This document shows, piece after piece, positions 44,025 through 55,800 of a DNA stretch of 64,000 nucleotides. The stretch spans positions 949-64,948 of the forward strand of contig JAGAOQ010000018.1 in NCBI GenBank assembly GCA_017623705.1. Reading direction: 5' to 3'. Below the pieces are notes generated by a model. It had not been told where the DNA came from, did no database searches, and saw nothing but the letters and a program-made list of their open reading frames with translations. Both the position numbers and the translations under genes were made by a program. Every line of letters starts with the position of its first letter. The stretch's first letter is position 1. The stretch comes from Clostridia bacterium. Lineage in GTDB: Bacteria > Bacillota > Clostridia > Christensenellales > UBA1242.

Positions 44025-44735
44025 ATGAGAGTAAACAAATATCTTGCGTTATGTGGACTAGGCAGTCGCCGTCATGTCGAAACCTTGGTTACGGCAGGTC
44101 GTGTACGGCTCAACGGTGTCGTCATTACCGACTTAGCAACCTTAATTCCCGACGATGCGACCGTTACCGTGGACAATCGTCCTGTTAAACCGATTGCGGA
44201 CAAAGTCTACATTTTATTAAACAAACCTGCTGGCGTAGTCTCCACGACTTACGACCCACAAGGTCGACCAACCGTACTGGATGTGTTACACAACAATCCG
44301 AAACAATACGCAACTTTATTAAAGTCGGTACGTTTATACCCGATTGGTCGTTTAGACTATCACACTTGTGGTTTAATTTTACTTACCAACGACGGAGCTT
44401 TAACCAAACAACTAACGCACCCGTCCACACACGTAGATAAACTGTACCATGCAACCGTCAACCGCCCTGTTACCAAAAGTGAATTAGAAACATTGTCCCA
44501 AGGTGTCAAGATTGACGGTGTAATGACAGCACCAGCATCATTTGCTTACATTAAGCACGACCGTATGCAAATTCAAGTAGTGATTCACGAAGGGCGTAAC
44601 CGCCAAATTCGTAAAATGTTTGAAACGCTAGGCATTAAAGTTACCCACTTAATCCGCTTACAAGAAGGCAAGTTAAGTTTAGGCAACCTTGCAACGGGTG
44701 ATTGGAAGTTTGTCCGCAAAAGTCAAATTATTTAG
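44025..44735 (+). CDS. rluB: RsuA/RluB-family pseudouridine synthase with an S4 domain
   Basis: MRVNKYLALCGLGSRRHVETLV (S4 domain) and the GRLDYHTCGLILLTNDG catalytic motif. Confidence 0.85.
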   Translation: MRVNKYLALCGLGSRRHVETLVTAGRVRLNGVVITDLATLIPDDATVTVDNRPVKPIADKVYILLNKPAGVVSTTYDPQGRPTVLDVLHNNPKQYATLLKSVRLYPIGRLDYHTCGLILLTNDGALTKQLTHPSTHVDKLYHATVNRPVTKSELETLSQGVKIDGVMTAPASFAYIKHDRMQIQVVIHEGRNRQIRKMFETLGIKVTHLIRLQEGKLSLGNLATGDWKFVRKSQII

Positions 44736-47226
44736 TCCCAAAGATAACTTGACGGAACATTTCCACGGGCAACATCGACAGAGCCAAGACGCCAGCAAAT
44801 AGCACATAACCCCAGTCGACGGGAACAGTTCTAAACACGCCACCGCCGAACGCAATAATGAAAAATTGAGAACAAATAATTGCTACCATAATAATTACGA
44901 AAGCTTTATTTTTGAACAAGCCACGTAACAAATTCAAACCATTAGCTCGGGCATTAAAAGCATTACAAACATTAAGGAACATAAAGAAAGTAAAGAACAC
45001 GGTAACAAAAACTTGTTGGTTGCCGACAATTTTTTGAATGTAAGGCGAAAGCAAGAACCACATGCAAATCAAACTGCCAAAGACACTACCCCAGATAATT
45101 TTGCCCCACATCGACGACGTAATTAAACTTTCATCACGCCGTTTCGGTGGTTGCTTCATATAAACGGGAGCTGGTTTTTCACCACCGAAAGCTAACCCCG
45201 CCAGCGTATCCATCACCAAGTTAATCCACAACATTTGAATCACGGTAATCGGTGCTGCTATCCCGAACAACGGAGCCAAAATACAAATCACCATAGCAAT
45301 AAAGTTAATGGTTAGTTTGAAGACTAAAAACTTACGGATACTTTCAAACAAGGTTCGTCCAAAAGATACCGCTTTGGTAATGGATTGAATGTTGTCGTCC
45401 ATAATGACAATGTCGCCCGCTGCTTTGGCAACTTCTGTCCCGCTCCCCATCGCAAACCCTAACTCGGCTCGTTTCAAAGCGGGGGCATCGTTAACGCCAT
45501 CGCCCGTCATACCCACCACCAAGTTCAAACTTTGAGCAACACGTACCAAACGACTTTTATCTTGTGGATAAGCCCGTGCCACTACTTGCAAACGTGGTAA
45601 CATCTGTGCCAAGGTTTTGTCGTCCAAGCGGTTTAATTCTTCGCTGGTCAACACTAAACCGTTGTCGTCCAAAATACCAACTTCACGTGCCACCGCCACC
45701 GCCGTATCACGTGCATCTCCTGTTACCAAAACAACTTGAATTTGTGCGGTATGTAACGTGGCAATACTGGGTCGTGCTTCGGGGCGTACCGCATCTCGAA
45801 TCACGACAAACCCCAACAAGACATCGCCTTGGGCAACGCAAATCACTCGCATCGCTTGTTGACTTAACGCATTGACTTTTTGCAATAAACGTTTGCGTTG
45901 CAAATTATCCAGCTGACAACGGGGTAACAAAACTTCGGTTGCTCCCTTGTAATACGTATCGCCTTGTGCCGTTGTCGTCGCCATATACTTTGTGGCCGAA
46001 GAAAATGGTTCGACATTTTGTTTACTAATCTTTGGCAAAGCACCACCCAACAATTCGCTGCCGAAACCAGCTAACACACGGTCGGTAATGTTACCACCAA
46101 TGAAACCTTGTGCCGTCGATTCGGCTTCGTTGTTCACAACTAACGCCGTACCGAGTAATTGTCCAAAACCACCTAACTGCGAAACAAAGTCTTGTGTTAC
46201 ATATTGCCCGTTCGGCAATAAAACGCCACACACAGTCAATTTACCTTGCGTAATTGTTCCCGTCTTATCCGTAAACAAAATGTTCAAACTGCCTGCTGTT
46301 TCTACCGCACTCAATTTCCGCACCAACAGGTGGTCCCGCATCATGGCTCGCATATTTGAAGACAGCACAACGGTAATCATCATCGGCAAGCCATCTGGCA
46401 CAGCCATAACTACAACCGAAACGACCAAGGTTATCGCTGCTAAAATTTCTTGAAAAGTAATGCCACCACCACTCACGCTAATTAAAAAAGTTATGGCGGC
46501 AATCGCTGCCCCAATGTAACCAATCGCCGAAACTAAATTGGCTAATTTGGAGAGTTTAACTTTTAACGGACTGGTTGGTGCGGATTCGGTTAACCCCTGA
46601 GCAATTTTACCGTAAGCTGTTTGGTCGCCCACCGCTGTAACTCGCATCACACCACTGCCACCAGTAACCACCGTCCCCGAAAACAACTGCCCCGCCGACA
46701 AGAAATCAACTTTGCTTTCGCCCGTGCTTTGCGTTACATGTTTGTGGCATTCCAAACTTTCGCCGTTCAAAATACTTTGGTCAACACTTAACGTGCCATC
46801 AACCATGATACCATCGGCAGGAATTTTGTCCCCACTACCCAGCAAGACTAAATCACCAACCACAATTTGTGTGGCGGGGAGCAAAACTGTTTTCTCACTT
46901 CTTTTTACCCGTGATTGTATTTGCCCCGACATCGTTTCCAATTTCTTAAAAGCGGACTCACTGCCTAATTCGCTTAACGTACTAACCATGACGGCAATGC
47001 AAATGGAAACGACAATCCCAAAAGTTTCTAAAAAGTTATGGGTATAAAATAAACATGCCAAATTGATACCCGTAACAATCATCAAAATCTTCATGATTGG
47101 ATCGCCCAAGTTACCAACAAAAATTTGCCAAAAGCTACGCTTCCGTGGTGGCGTTAATGTATTACTACCGAACTGTTTACGAGCTTTTTCAACATCTTGC
47201 GGATTCAAACCATGAAACTCTTGCAT
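44728..47226 (-). CDS. P-type ATPase, type II (Ca2+-ATPase/YloB-like)
   Basis: DKTGTITQG phosphorylation site, TGDARDTA, MTGDGVNDAPAL, and an N-terminal cation-ATPase-N segment HGLNPQDVEKARKQFGSN. Confidence 0.9.
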   Translation of the reverse strand: MQEFHGLNPQDVEKARKQFGSNTLTPPRKRSFWQIFVGNLGDPIMKILMIVTGINLACLFYTHNFLETFGIVVSICIAVMVSTLSELGSESAFKKLETMSGQIQSRVKRSEKTVLLPATQIVVGDLVLLGSGDKIPADGIMVDGTLSVDQSILNGESLECHKHVTQSTGESKVDFLSAGQLFSGTVVTGGSGVMRVTAVGDQTAYGKIAQGLTESAPTSPLKVKLSKLANLVSAIGYIGAAIAAITFLISVSGGGITFQEILAAITLVVSVVVMAVPDGLPMMITVVLSSNMRAMMRDHLLVRKLSAVETAGSLNILFTDKTGTITQGKLTVCGVLLPNGQYVTQDFVSQLGGFGQLLGTALVVNNEAESTAQGFIGGNITDRVLAGFGSELLGGALPKISKQNVEPFSSATKYMATTTAQGDTYYKGATEVLLPRCQLDNLQRKRLLQKVNALSQQAMRVICVAQGDVLLGFVVIRDAVRPEARPSIATLHTAQIQVVLVTGDARDTAVAVAREVGILDDNGLVLTSEELNRLDDKTLAQMLPRLQVVARAYPQDKSRLVRVAQSLNLVVGMTGDGVNDAPALKRAELGFAMGSGTEVAKAAGDIVIMDDNIQSITKAVSFGRTLFESIRKFLVFKLTINFIAMVICILAPLFGIAAPITVIQMLWINLVMDTLAGLAFGGEKPAPVYMKQPPKRRDESLITSSMWGKIIWGSVFGSLICMWFLLSPYIQKIVGNQQVFVTVFFTFFMFLNVCNAFNARANGLNLLRGLFKNKAFVIIMVAIICSQFFIIAFGGGVFRTVPVDWGYVLFAGVLALSMLPVEMFRQVIFGTK

Positions 47227-47264
47227 GCTCTATATATATAGGGTCGCAAGGTAAAATTTGCTTG

Positions 47265-49886
47265 TTATTCAAAGACTTGACGAATATCATTGCTGGTTTC
47301 GATACGAATCGTCGAACGAGCCACAGGTCCGTACATAAAGAAGCATTGCCCACGTGGTGCAGCGACAATCGTTTCTTGTTCACGTTTATTGATACCACCA
47401 GCATTTTTATACAAAGTTACCAAGTCGGTCATATCGTTAGGAGCTAACGAGAAGATTAAACTATATTGCGAAGCGTTAATAATCGCAGCCGACTTTTTAG
47501 CAATCGCAGGCGAACCCACAAAGTCTTTAATATTTTGGGTAATAACGATTTGCATACCGTCATACTTACGGATACGTTTTGCCATTTGGAACATGAAGTC
47601 CAAAGCAATCGGGCGTTGTTCATCAATGAAAACGTGAGCTTCATCGACAACGACAATAATTTTACGTTTGGTATGGTATTTAGTATTGAAATCACGGTTC
47701 TTAATAACTTCCCCTTCCAAGTACTTAAACACCAACAACATTTGAGCATTAGCAACCAACTCGTTTTTGTTTGACAACAAAGTTAAGAAGTTAAACACGA
47801 AGAAATTTTCTTCGGTACGAATTGTATTTGGACCGTTCCACAAACCAGAGTAACGTCCGCCTTCCGCAAACTTTTCCAAATAGGTCGTCAATACACGGTA
47901 GTTGATACGTGAGAATTCATCTTTGGCTTGTGCGTAACTACGTTTAGCCAATTCATATAATTCGTCGAAAATCGGGAACTGTTCCGGCTTAACTTTGGCG
48001 AAGTCAGTGTATTTGTCAATCCCCTTCATACTATACAGACGGTTAACCAAACTATTCAAAGCTTCCAAAGCATCACTGCGGATACCTTCCATAACAATTT
48101 TGAAGAAACTTTCCAAGAAACGTAAATGCCCTTCAAAGGTATCATCGTATTCTTCGCCCGTGTCATCATCTTCTTCCAACATGTTAGGATAAATATGGAA
48201 CGGGTTAAAGCGACCATGCCCCGCATTACCCACGTCAATCATACCACCATGCAATTTCTTTGCCATGGTTGAATATTCTTTTTCAGGGTCGCAAATATAA
48301 ATTCGAGCATTATCCGCTGCCAAGTTGGTCAAAATTGATTTCGTCGCAAAGGATTTACCACCACCAGATTTACCGATGATAATCATGTTACTGTTAACAC
48401 GAACATCATTACGTTGGAAGAAATCCACAAAAACAGGGTTACTGTTGCTACCCAGCATAATTCCCTTTTCGTCCATTAACAAGTCGGAAACAAATGGGAA
48501 GCAAGCACCTAACGTACTGGTAACCATACCACGTTCAATCGCATCATATTTATCCAACTTAGAAACATTTGCCGATACAAAAGCGTCAATTTGCTTACCC
48601 GAGTTATTGCTAAATTTGAAACCTTCTTCGGTAATCGTATGACGTAATTCGGACGCCGTCTTCGTATCCGTCGTAATGTGAATCTTGACGTTGAACATTT
48701 GTTCGTTACCCGTCTTTAATTGTTGTAACATTTGTTCGATGGTTTGCAATTGGCTTTGCTTTTCCATCTTTTGACTTTCCTTACCTTTGTGTTCTTGCGA
48801 ACGCATTTCGATAATCGCACGGTCAATCAATTTTTCAGATTCAGCTTTTGGCATCTGTGTAAAATTCATGACGGTACGACAATTAGGATAGTTAAAGAAA
48901 GTATACAACCATGCCGGCCCAACATTCATTGGATAATCGGTAATCGTCAATGTAGTCTTATCTTCGCCGTCCATATTGAAACGACTAACACCAAACTTAA
49001 TTTTGCCAGGGTGAGTCCACTCTGTACGTTTGTCAAACGGAGCGTGGTCAAAATCTTTTTCGTTAAAATATTTATTGTAGTTACCACGCAAGAAAACGTA
49101 TAAATCTTTACCGACCACACGACGAGCATGCAATGACGCACCTAACGCCGTAATAACACTGGACGTAGTGTTGTCAATCTCGTCTTTTTTCGACGAATAA
49201 ATTACTAAATAATAACCCGTACGATAAACCTTAGCTTCTTCATTCATGAATTCCAAAGTTTGTCCACGTGAATTGAACACGACTTCACGAGCTTCCAATT
49301 CTTCTTGCGAGAAAGTACCCCGCTCCACGTTACGAGTCAGTTGGTCATACTTTTCAATTTCGTTATCAATGTAATTATCGAAAAGCAAAGGTTTTTCAAA
49401 CGAAATTAAGCTTCCCGAATTGTGCGTACCAATACGACGCAAAGCATTAGCAAAGTTATTCATTAACATGGTTTGAGCTTCGGGTCCCAGCAAACCAAAT
49501 TCAACGGGCATAATTTCGATAACCGAAGCTACATAACTGCCGTAATCAATTAAATTGTCGTTAATGATACCATTATAAGGGACAATGCGTTGCATTTCCA
49601 CATAACCCTTTTCTAAAACTTTGGCGTACTTTTTTGGATAAGCAAGGAAACGGAAATACCAAATGAACGACTCATATTTACGGTCGCCCGCACTATCTTT
49701 CAACATACCGATGATAACTAGGAAAGCAAGAATCCCCCCTAGAATCATCAACGGTAATAAACCCGAAGCAAACAGTAACCCGACCGCACCAGCCCCAAGT
49801 ACCAACCAAATTAAGTCAGTGGACGTTAAGCCCTTGACGAAAATGGTCTTAATCTTGGTTTTCCGCGGGATAAAATAATCACCCAT
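47265..49886 (-). CDS. VirB4/TrsE/ConE-type T4SS ATPase with an N-terminal two-TM (VirB3/PrgI-like) module
   Basis: Walker A MIIIGKSGGGKSFATK (nt 48351-48386), then ICDPEKEY..RFNPFHIY, then Walker B IIVVVDEAHVF (about 47634-47663), then RIRKYDGMQIVITQNIKDF. The N-terminus GLTSTDLIWLVLGAGAVGLLF..LMILGGILAFLVIIG gives 2 TM segments. An AAGGGG SD lies 6 nt before the ATG. Confidence 0.85.
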   Translation of the reverse strand: MGDYFIPRKTKIKTIFVKGLTSTDLIWLVLGAGAVGLLFASGLLPLMILGGILAFLVIIGMLKDSAGDRKYESFIWYFRFLAYPKKYAKVLEKGYVEMQRIVPYNGIINDNLIDYGSYVASVIEIMPVEFGLLGPEAQTMLMNNFANALRRIGTHNSGSLISFEKPLLFDNYIDNEIEKYDQLTRNVERGTFSQEELEAREVVFNSRGQTLEFMNEEAKVYRTGYYLVIYSSKKDEIDNTTSSVITALGASLHARRVVGKDLYVFLRGNYNKYFNEKDFDHAPFDKRTEWTHPGKIKFGVSRFNMDGEDKTTLTITDYPMNVGPAWLYTFFNYPNCRTVMNFTQMPKAESEKLIDRAIIEMRSQEHKGKESQKMEKQSQLQTIEQMLQQLKTGNEQMFNVKIHITTDTKTASELRHTITEEGFKFSNNSGKQIDAFVSANVSKLDKYDAIERGMVTSTLGACFPFVSDLLMDEKGIMLGSNSNPVFVDFFQRNDVRVNSNMIIIGKSGGGKSFATKSILTNLAADNARIYICDPEKEYSTMAKKLHGGMIDVGNAGHGRFNPFHIYPNMLEEDDDTGEEYDDTFEGHLRFLESFFKIVMEGIRSDALEALNSLVNRLYSMKGIDKYTDFAKVKPEQFPIFDELYELAKRSYAQAKDEFSRINYRVLTTYLEKFAEGGRYSGLWNGPNTIRTEENFFVFNFLTLLSNKNELVANAQMLLVFKYLEGEVIKNRDFNTKYHTKRKIIVVVDEAHVFIDEQRPIALDFMFQMAKRIRKYDGMQIVITQNIKDFVGSPAIAKKSAAIINASQYSLIFSLAPNDMTDLVTLYKNAGGINKREQETIVAAPRGQCFFMYGPVARSTIRIETSNDIRQVFE

Positions 49887-49896
49887 GAATTACCCC

Positions 49897-52800
49897 TTAT
49901 TTAGCCCCTGGTAAATTTTTCAATTTTGCCATTTGTTCTTGTAATGAACCTTCTTGTGCTTTGATACCGTTGTTCAATTCATCCTGACGATCACTTAATT
50001 CGTTAGCTTCATTGGCACGGGCAATACCCAAAGTAAAGGTTTTGGCGATACCTAATTGTTCTTGATACGCTAGATCGTTAATGTGTGCATCACGGAATTT
50101 TTCAAATGCTTCAGTCACTTTTTTTACTTTTTCATTTTTCAAACTAGTACCAGAATTAACCGCAATCATCGTATCACGTAAAAGATTTGTAAAATCACTT
50201 TCGCTAGCAACACCTAATTGATTACGTAATTCTTTCCACATAGCACCCGAGAAGTTAGTTTCAATTTGCCCTAAGATTTGGTTAACTTCACTACGTGCTC
50301 TTGCTTCATTATGTGCAGCATCTTCCAATGCGGCATTGAACTTATTAATAATAATTTTTTTCTCGGCCAGTGAAGTTACTTGAGCAAACGCAGTTTCCAT
50401 ACCTAACATTGTATCACCACCCATAGCAGCACTCGTACTGCCCATGTGAGCTGCATCAAGCACACCTAAACCACGAATACCGTTCAAACGATCCGTATCG
50501 CCACGTTGTTCCCAGAAGCGTAATTTATCAATAGTATCCTGATCAACACCAAGAGATTTTGCTCCTTCGTAATCGTGTTGCATAACTTTATCAACAACTT
50601 GTTGTAAAACCAAACCAGCACCAGCATAATCACCTCTGTTGTGCATTTCTTGAATTTTACTATCATTAACAACAACTTGAACCGACATCGCATCCATTTT
50701 CGTACCAATATGGAATTCACGTTGATGTTGATACTCTGTCATCATTGACATAGTATCAATCGCATTCTTTGATTCGACGAATTTCTTTGAAACATCATGA
50801 CGGCGAATATCGTCAGCATAACGAGCTTCAAATTCTTTCAATTTAGCATCTAACATAGCTTTCATGCGTTTCTTTTCAGCATCAATCGCAGCTTGACACG
50901 CAGGATTGTCTAAACCACCTTTACCTTCGTAGCTTTCGATAATTGCATTGATTTTGAAACCAAGCGAGTTTTCGTTGGTTGAAGTATAATCTTCATCATT
51001 AACGTCAGCGACAATTTGTAAGATTGCTTGTTTGTCTTCGGCAGAAACGGAATCACCGATTTTACCTCTAAACATTTCATCACCTTTTTCGTACAATTTT
51101 GCCGCTTCCAATGCCGCTTTTAACGCATGCATATCATGACTATTTTGAACGAAAGCACTGTCAGTAGTTTGTGCCATGAAGATAGCTGCTGTTTTTTGTG
51201 CTTCTTTTTCGTCTACCCCAGCGGCATCAGCAATTTTACCAACAACACTTTCAAACGCAGTACCAGCTTCAACTTTTTCCAAGGTTTTGGCAATGGCTTT
51301 AACTGTTTTTTCATCACCCTCCTTACCCATTGCTTGTGCCATTGAGTATGCCATTGAGTTGATTGCATTTGTTTGTTTTTCGGTTGCCGCAGCAAGTTCA
51401 GTACCAATATTATCTGAACCACTTTGTGCTTTCAAGCGTAATTCGCTTTCCAATTTTTTCAAACGTTGTTTAATCTTTTCATCTTTGAAATCAACGCCGA
51501 GATCAAGATCCAATCCCGATAACCCTTTCAAACCACGAGCCAAGCCGTCAGCCAATTTATTATCACCACCTAACTCGTTATACAGATCTTGCTTTTCGTT
51601 TTCGTTCATGTTGAAAGTTTTAAGTTTTGCATCACGTCTTGCATCTTCAAAGGATTTACCTTCTGCCATGTATTTTTCTGTTAACAACCCTGTCAACTTA
51701 TCGTCCATCGCAAAATTATTTTTCTTTGCTTCAAACTCTTCTCTGATTAATTGTTTTTTTACTTCGTCGGCAATAACTTTATTACCTTTAACGGTATTTT
51801 CGCCCCCCATGGTTAAACCACTAGCCAAAGCTTCACGATATTTTTTCAACTCAGCTTCACGTGTGATTTCTTTATTAGCAAAGTCATTCATTGCTTTTTG
51901 ACGAGCAAGTGGATCACGCCAACGATTAAATTCACCCCACAAGGAATTCTTATCTTGGGTTTTGGTTCCGTCAATACCATATTTAGAACGGATTGCTTCA
52001 CCAATGGTTGACCCCTTACCAAACAATCGTTTACCGATTAATTGAGCACGAGCACCTGCTTTCGTATCCCCAATAGCACTCAAAACATTTTTTGCTCCTT
52101 GAATAGCCCTATTACTTTTAATAACGCCACTAACCGATTTTCTAAAATCAGGATTACTCAACAAATTAGTTTTTTCTGCATTAACACGTGCTGCGTACTG
52201 TTCCTTTGTTTCACCTTTTTGCTTGCCGCCAATATTACGTTTAGCTTGCATTTCAGCAGCTTTTACTTGACGGTCATACATTCTTGATTGACGTTTTGTT
52301 AAACCATCTTTACTACCCTTTGCAATGGCTGCATCAATTTTCTCTTGATTTTCTTTACGCTTTGATTCTTTGGCTTTTGCTTTATCTAGTTTTGCTTGTG
52401 CCCAACTACCAACTTTACCACCTCGTGCAGCCTTCTTTGCTAGGAAATCATCTCGCCAAGCTTTACTATCTTTTTTTAAGGCAGCGACACGGTCGCGTGC
52501 ATTACGTAAACCAGCACCGAAGCCGGCAGCTTTCTTGCCAGCGTTCTTTAAGCCCTTCATAATGCCGTTGTCCATTGACTTTTTAGCATCGCTCCAAACT
52601 GAACCAAGACTCTTGGCACTCATTTGACCCGCACCCAAAACTGTGCAAATTGTGTTGCGGATTTGTGGCAACATAGAAACAAACGCAACCAAACTCAACC
52701 AACTTAATATAGATCCTGACATACCGCCACCAGTAACTTCCTTTACGGCATCTTCAACCGGCTGCATTAAGACAATGAAGATATTAAGCGAAGCAATAAC

Positions 52801-55800
52801 GGCAAATGCACTGATTGCTTCCTTGTAGAACGGAGTAACAAATTGTGAGTTAAATTTAGAACCGTCGTCGAATGGATAGAAAGCGATTGTAACGGGACTC
52901 ATGACGTACAAGACAGCCATGTTAACAGCACGTTGAATTAAACCAAAGGCAAAGTTAAGGTAAACACCTAATGCCGCAATAATAGCAATATAACCGACAG
53001 CAAAGTTAATTTTTATAACATCGTATAATTTACGCACAACATCAGGATCAGAATAAGAGAATGTACCAATATAACTTTGTAAGTTTTTTCCATCTTCACC
53101 AATATTGACTGTATTTTTAGCGGTTAACATTAAATAGCGACGAACATCACCACCAGCAGCACTTGCCATCATGTCATCAATCTCATCAGCGGTAAAATTA
53201 TAAAGCATTTTAGCATTATAACTACCAGTCGGCTTCGCATTGGCGACATTTTTACACCAGTCTTTTAATACTTTTTTATCTTCACTTTGTTGACTTGTAG
53301 CTCGAAGATCACGGAAAGTAATAATATTTTTTTGGAACTCGGTCATCAATTCAGTATCAATTTCAGCATCAGTATCAGCCAACGCTTCAATTTCGCTTAA
53401 AGTACTTAATTTACCAGCGTTAACTAACGCATTGAGATTAGCCGATGATGTACGAACAGCAGATAAATCAACCGACGCAAGACTCAAAGCACTGGTTGTT
53501 GGACCGCTATGTTCAATAAAACCACTGTTAAGACTGTTACCTTTTGGCAATCCGTTTTGATATTCTTGGTAATAACGTGTATCACCCATTGTAACACCAC
53601 GAGAACCCCAATAAGAGCTATCACGGAAACTTTTATTAAATCCACCAGCACGTGTTTGTTTAATAAATGGGTTATTACTTTGGAAAGCCGTGTTAGAAAT
53701 AAAATAGTTCAAACCAACAGATTCCCAACTTTCATTTTGTTCATAATTCATGAATACCAAATCGTCCTGACTCTTATGTTTAATCATTGGCGTATTATCA
53801 TGAGATTCACTTTTTGGATCAATTGGGTTTGCACAATAAAAATCAATATAATCACCAAATACGTCCTTAATACCACCATTAGCATTTGTCATACCACAAT
53901 ATGCTGACCAGTCGATCAGGCGATATGCTTTATTGTCTTCGAAGAACATATTAACAGTAACTTTACCGTTATTATCGTCTTTGTTGAACATTGCGTTACG
54001 AACTTCGCTGGCAGACATCGACAAAGCACGATTTTCCGTCATATTCAATTCGATAATTGGTTGGTAAATTGATGGAACGATACGCAAATCGGCAAAATTA
54101 TTAGTTGGTCTGATTTCACTAAACAATGGACTAACTCCCACATAAGCACTCACTAAATTAGCAAAAGTACTGGTAATTGAAGATTCTAGTGTTTCCCAAG
54201 TACCTGGGAAACCTTTTGACGCCAATAAATCGTCAACTAAGCCAGTTCCAATACCTCCTTCATATCCTGTTTCAAAATCTGGATATTGGGTTAACAATGC
54301 TTCGTATAAATTCAAGTAGTTTCCCAATTTAGATAACATGCTGATCGCATTTTTATTATATAAATTAATTCTAGCATCATAATCCCGCCATTCTTTTTGG
54401 TCGGTAGTAATTTTATTGCTAAGTCCATTTAATTCTTCAACATCTGTTTCATAATTATCCCAAGACATACCGCTTGATTGCTCCATTTGGTTAATAAGAT
54501 CCTTAAAACTATCAGTTAATTGACTCCATAAGGTAATAAAATGGTTAGCAAATTGATACTTTTCAATCGTCAAATCCAAAAATTGTGCTCTATCATTAAC
54601 ACTAACCCAAATATCGCCGTTATGCGTTGACGGTCCAACGACGAAAGTTTCCGCTAATGGATTTCCATTTTCGTCCTTGGGGATAAGTCCAAGATTACCC
54701 ATAAAGGTTTCGTTCATGTTTTGGAAAATTTTCATAAGCAGTGGACCAAGTAATTGTAAATAATTAATGTCAACCGCAAATATATGTGTCGAAGCTGGAA
54801 TCATCGGGATCGCTTCAACTGCTTTTTGTGTTAAATTGGTATAAACTACGTTTGTTAAAATTGTCGACAAAAGACCAAGGAAAAGTTCTGGCTTAAAGGT
54901 GTCCAAAGAGAAGCTTGCCGACACTTCATCACCTTGTAAACCAACTTTTCCTTCAAAAGTAAATCCAAATTTTTTGGCACTATCTTCCAAAGATTTCTTA
55001 ACGGGTTCTCCCTTACTCTTGTAAGCAACGAAAGTAGTACCCATTGGGATCTTAGTACCAGACCCCATAACAGTCGTATCAATATCATGTGAAATATACT
55101 TAACTTGATCTAACGCATAAAAATAATCCACAATATCAACAGGCGACCACGCCAAATTGATACTTGGTTGAACATTAGTAGTAAACGCACTGAGAATATC
55201 ACTACGGAAACCGAATGAACCAGATACTTCACCATTTTCAATAAAATCATCTACATCTGTAATATCACCACTTGTTTGTTCAAACTCTATATAGTCTTCA
55301 AAGTCTTTTTTAGTTTCATCACCGAATTCAGCCCAACTATCGTTCCATCTTTCACCCCAACTACTATCATCGCTTTCTTCATCGGCTAAGATTTGTGCCC
55401 ATTGCGACAAAGGAGTAATTGAACCATCAGCATTAACTACGCCGTAATGTGATGATGGAAACAATTCATAATATTTATCACGCCATTCAGCAGCCGTTGT
55501 TGGCTTATTTTTATCCGTCATTTCAATCAAAACATATTTACCATCATCGGTATGATCACCAATCAAACGATAAATGTGCTGATTTCGCATATCTGCACCA
55601 AAAGCGTCTTCCTCTGTAACCAAACCTATTCGCTTACGGTTTGCGTCATAAGCCATTGCCTTAAAGACTGAACCCGCAATACTAGCTGTATTACCACTGC
55701 CAGTTGCAGCGTCCAACGCTCTGAACATGACTTGCGTCGTCTTCAAACCAACTGATACTGCTGCACTAACAAAAAAGAACATTAACAAACCTTTGAAAGT

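Noticed and set aside
51176-51901. 241-aa plus-strand ORF inside the giant gene, with several other antisense ORFs between 50.4 and 55.1 kb.
   Set aside because: It is antisense to the Lys/Ala/Glu-rich segment of the 2085-aa ORF. Its low-complexity Ser/Phe/Leu-rich translation is what the reverse frame of AAA/GCN/GAA-rich coding produces. It has no independent start signals.
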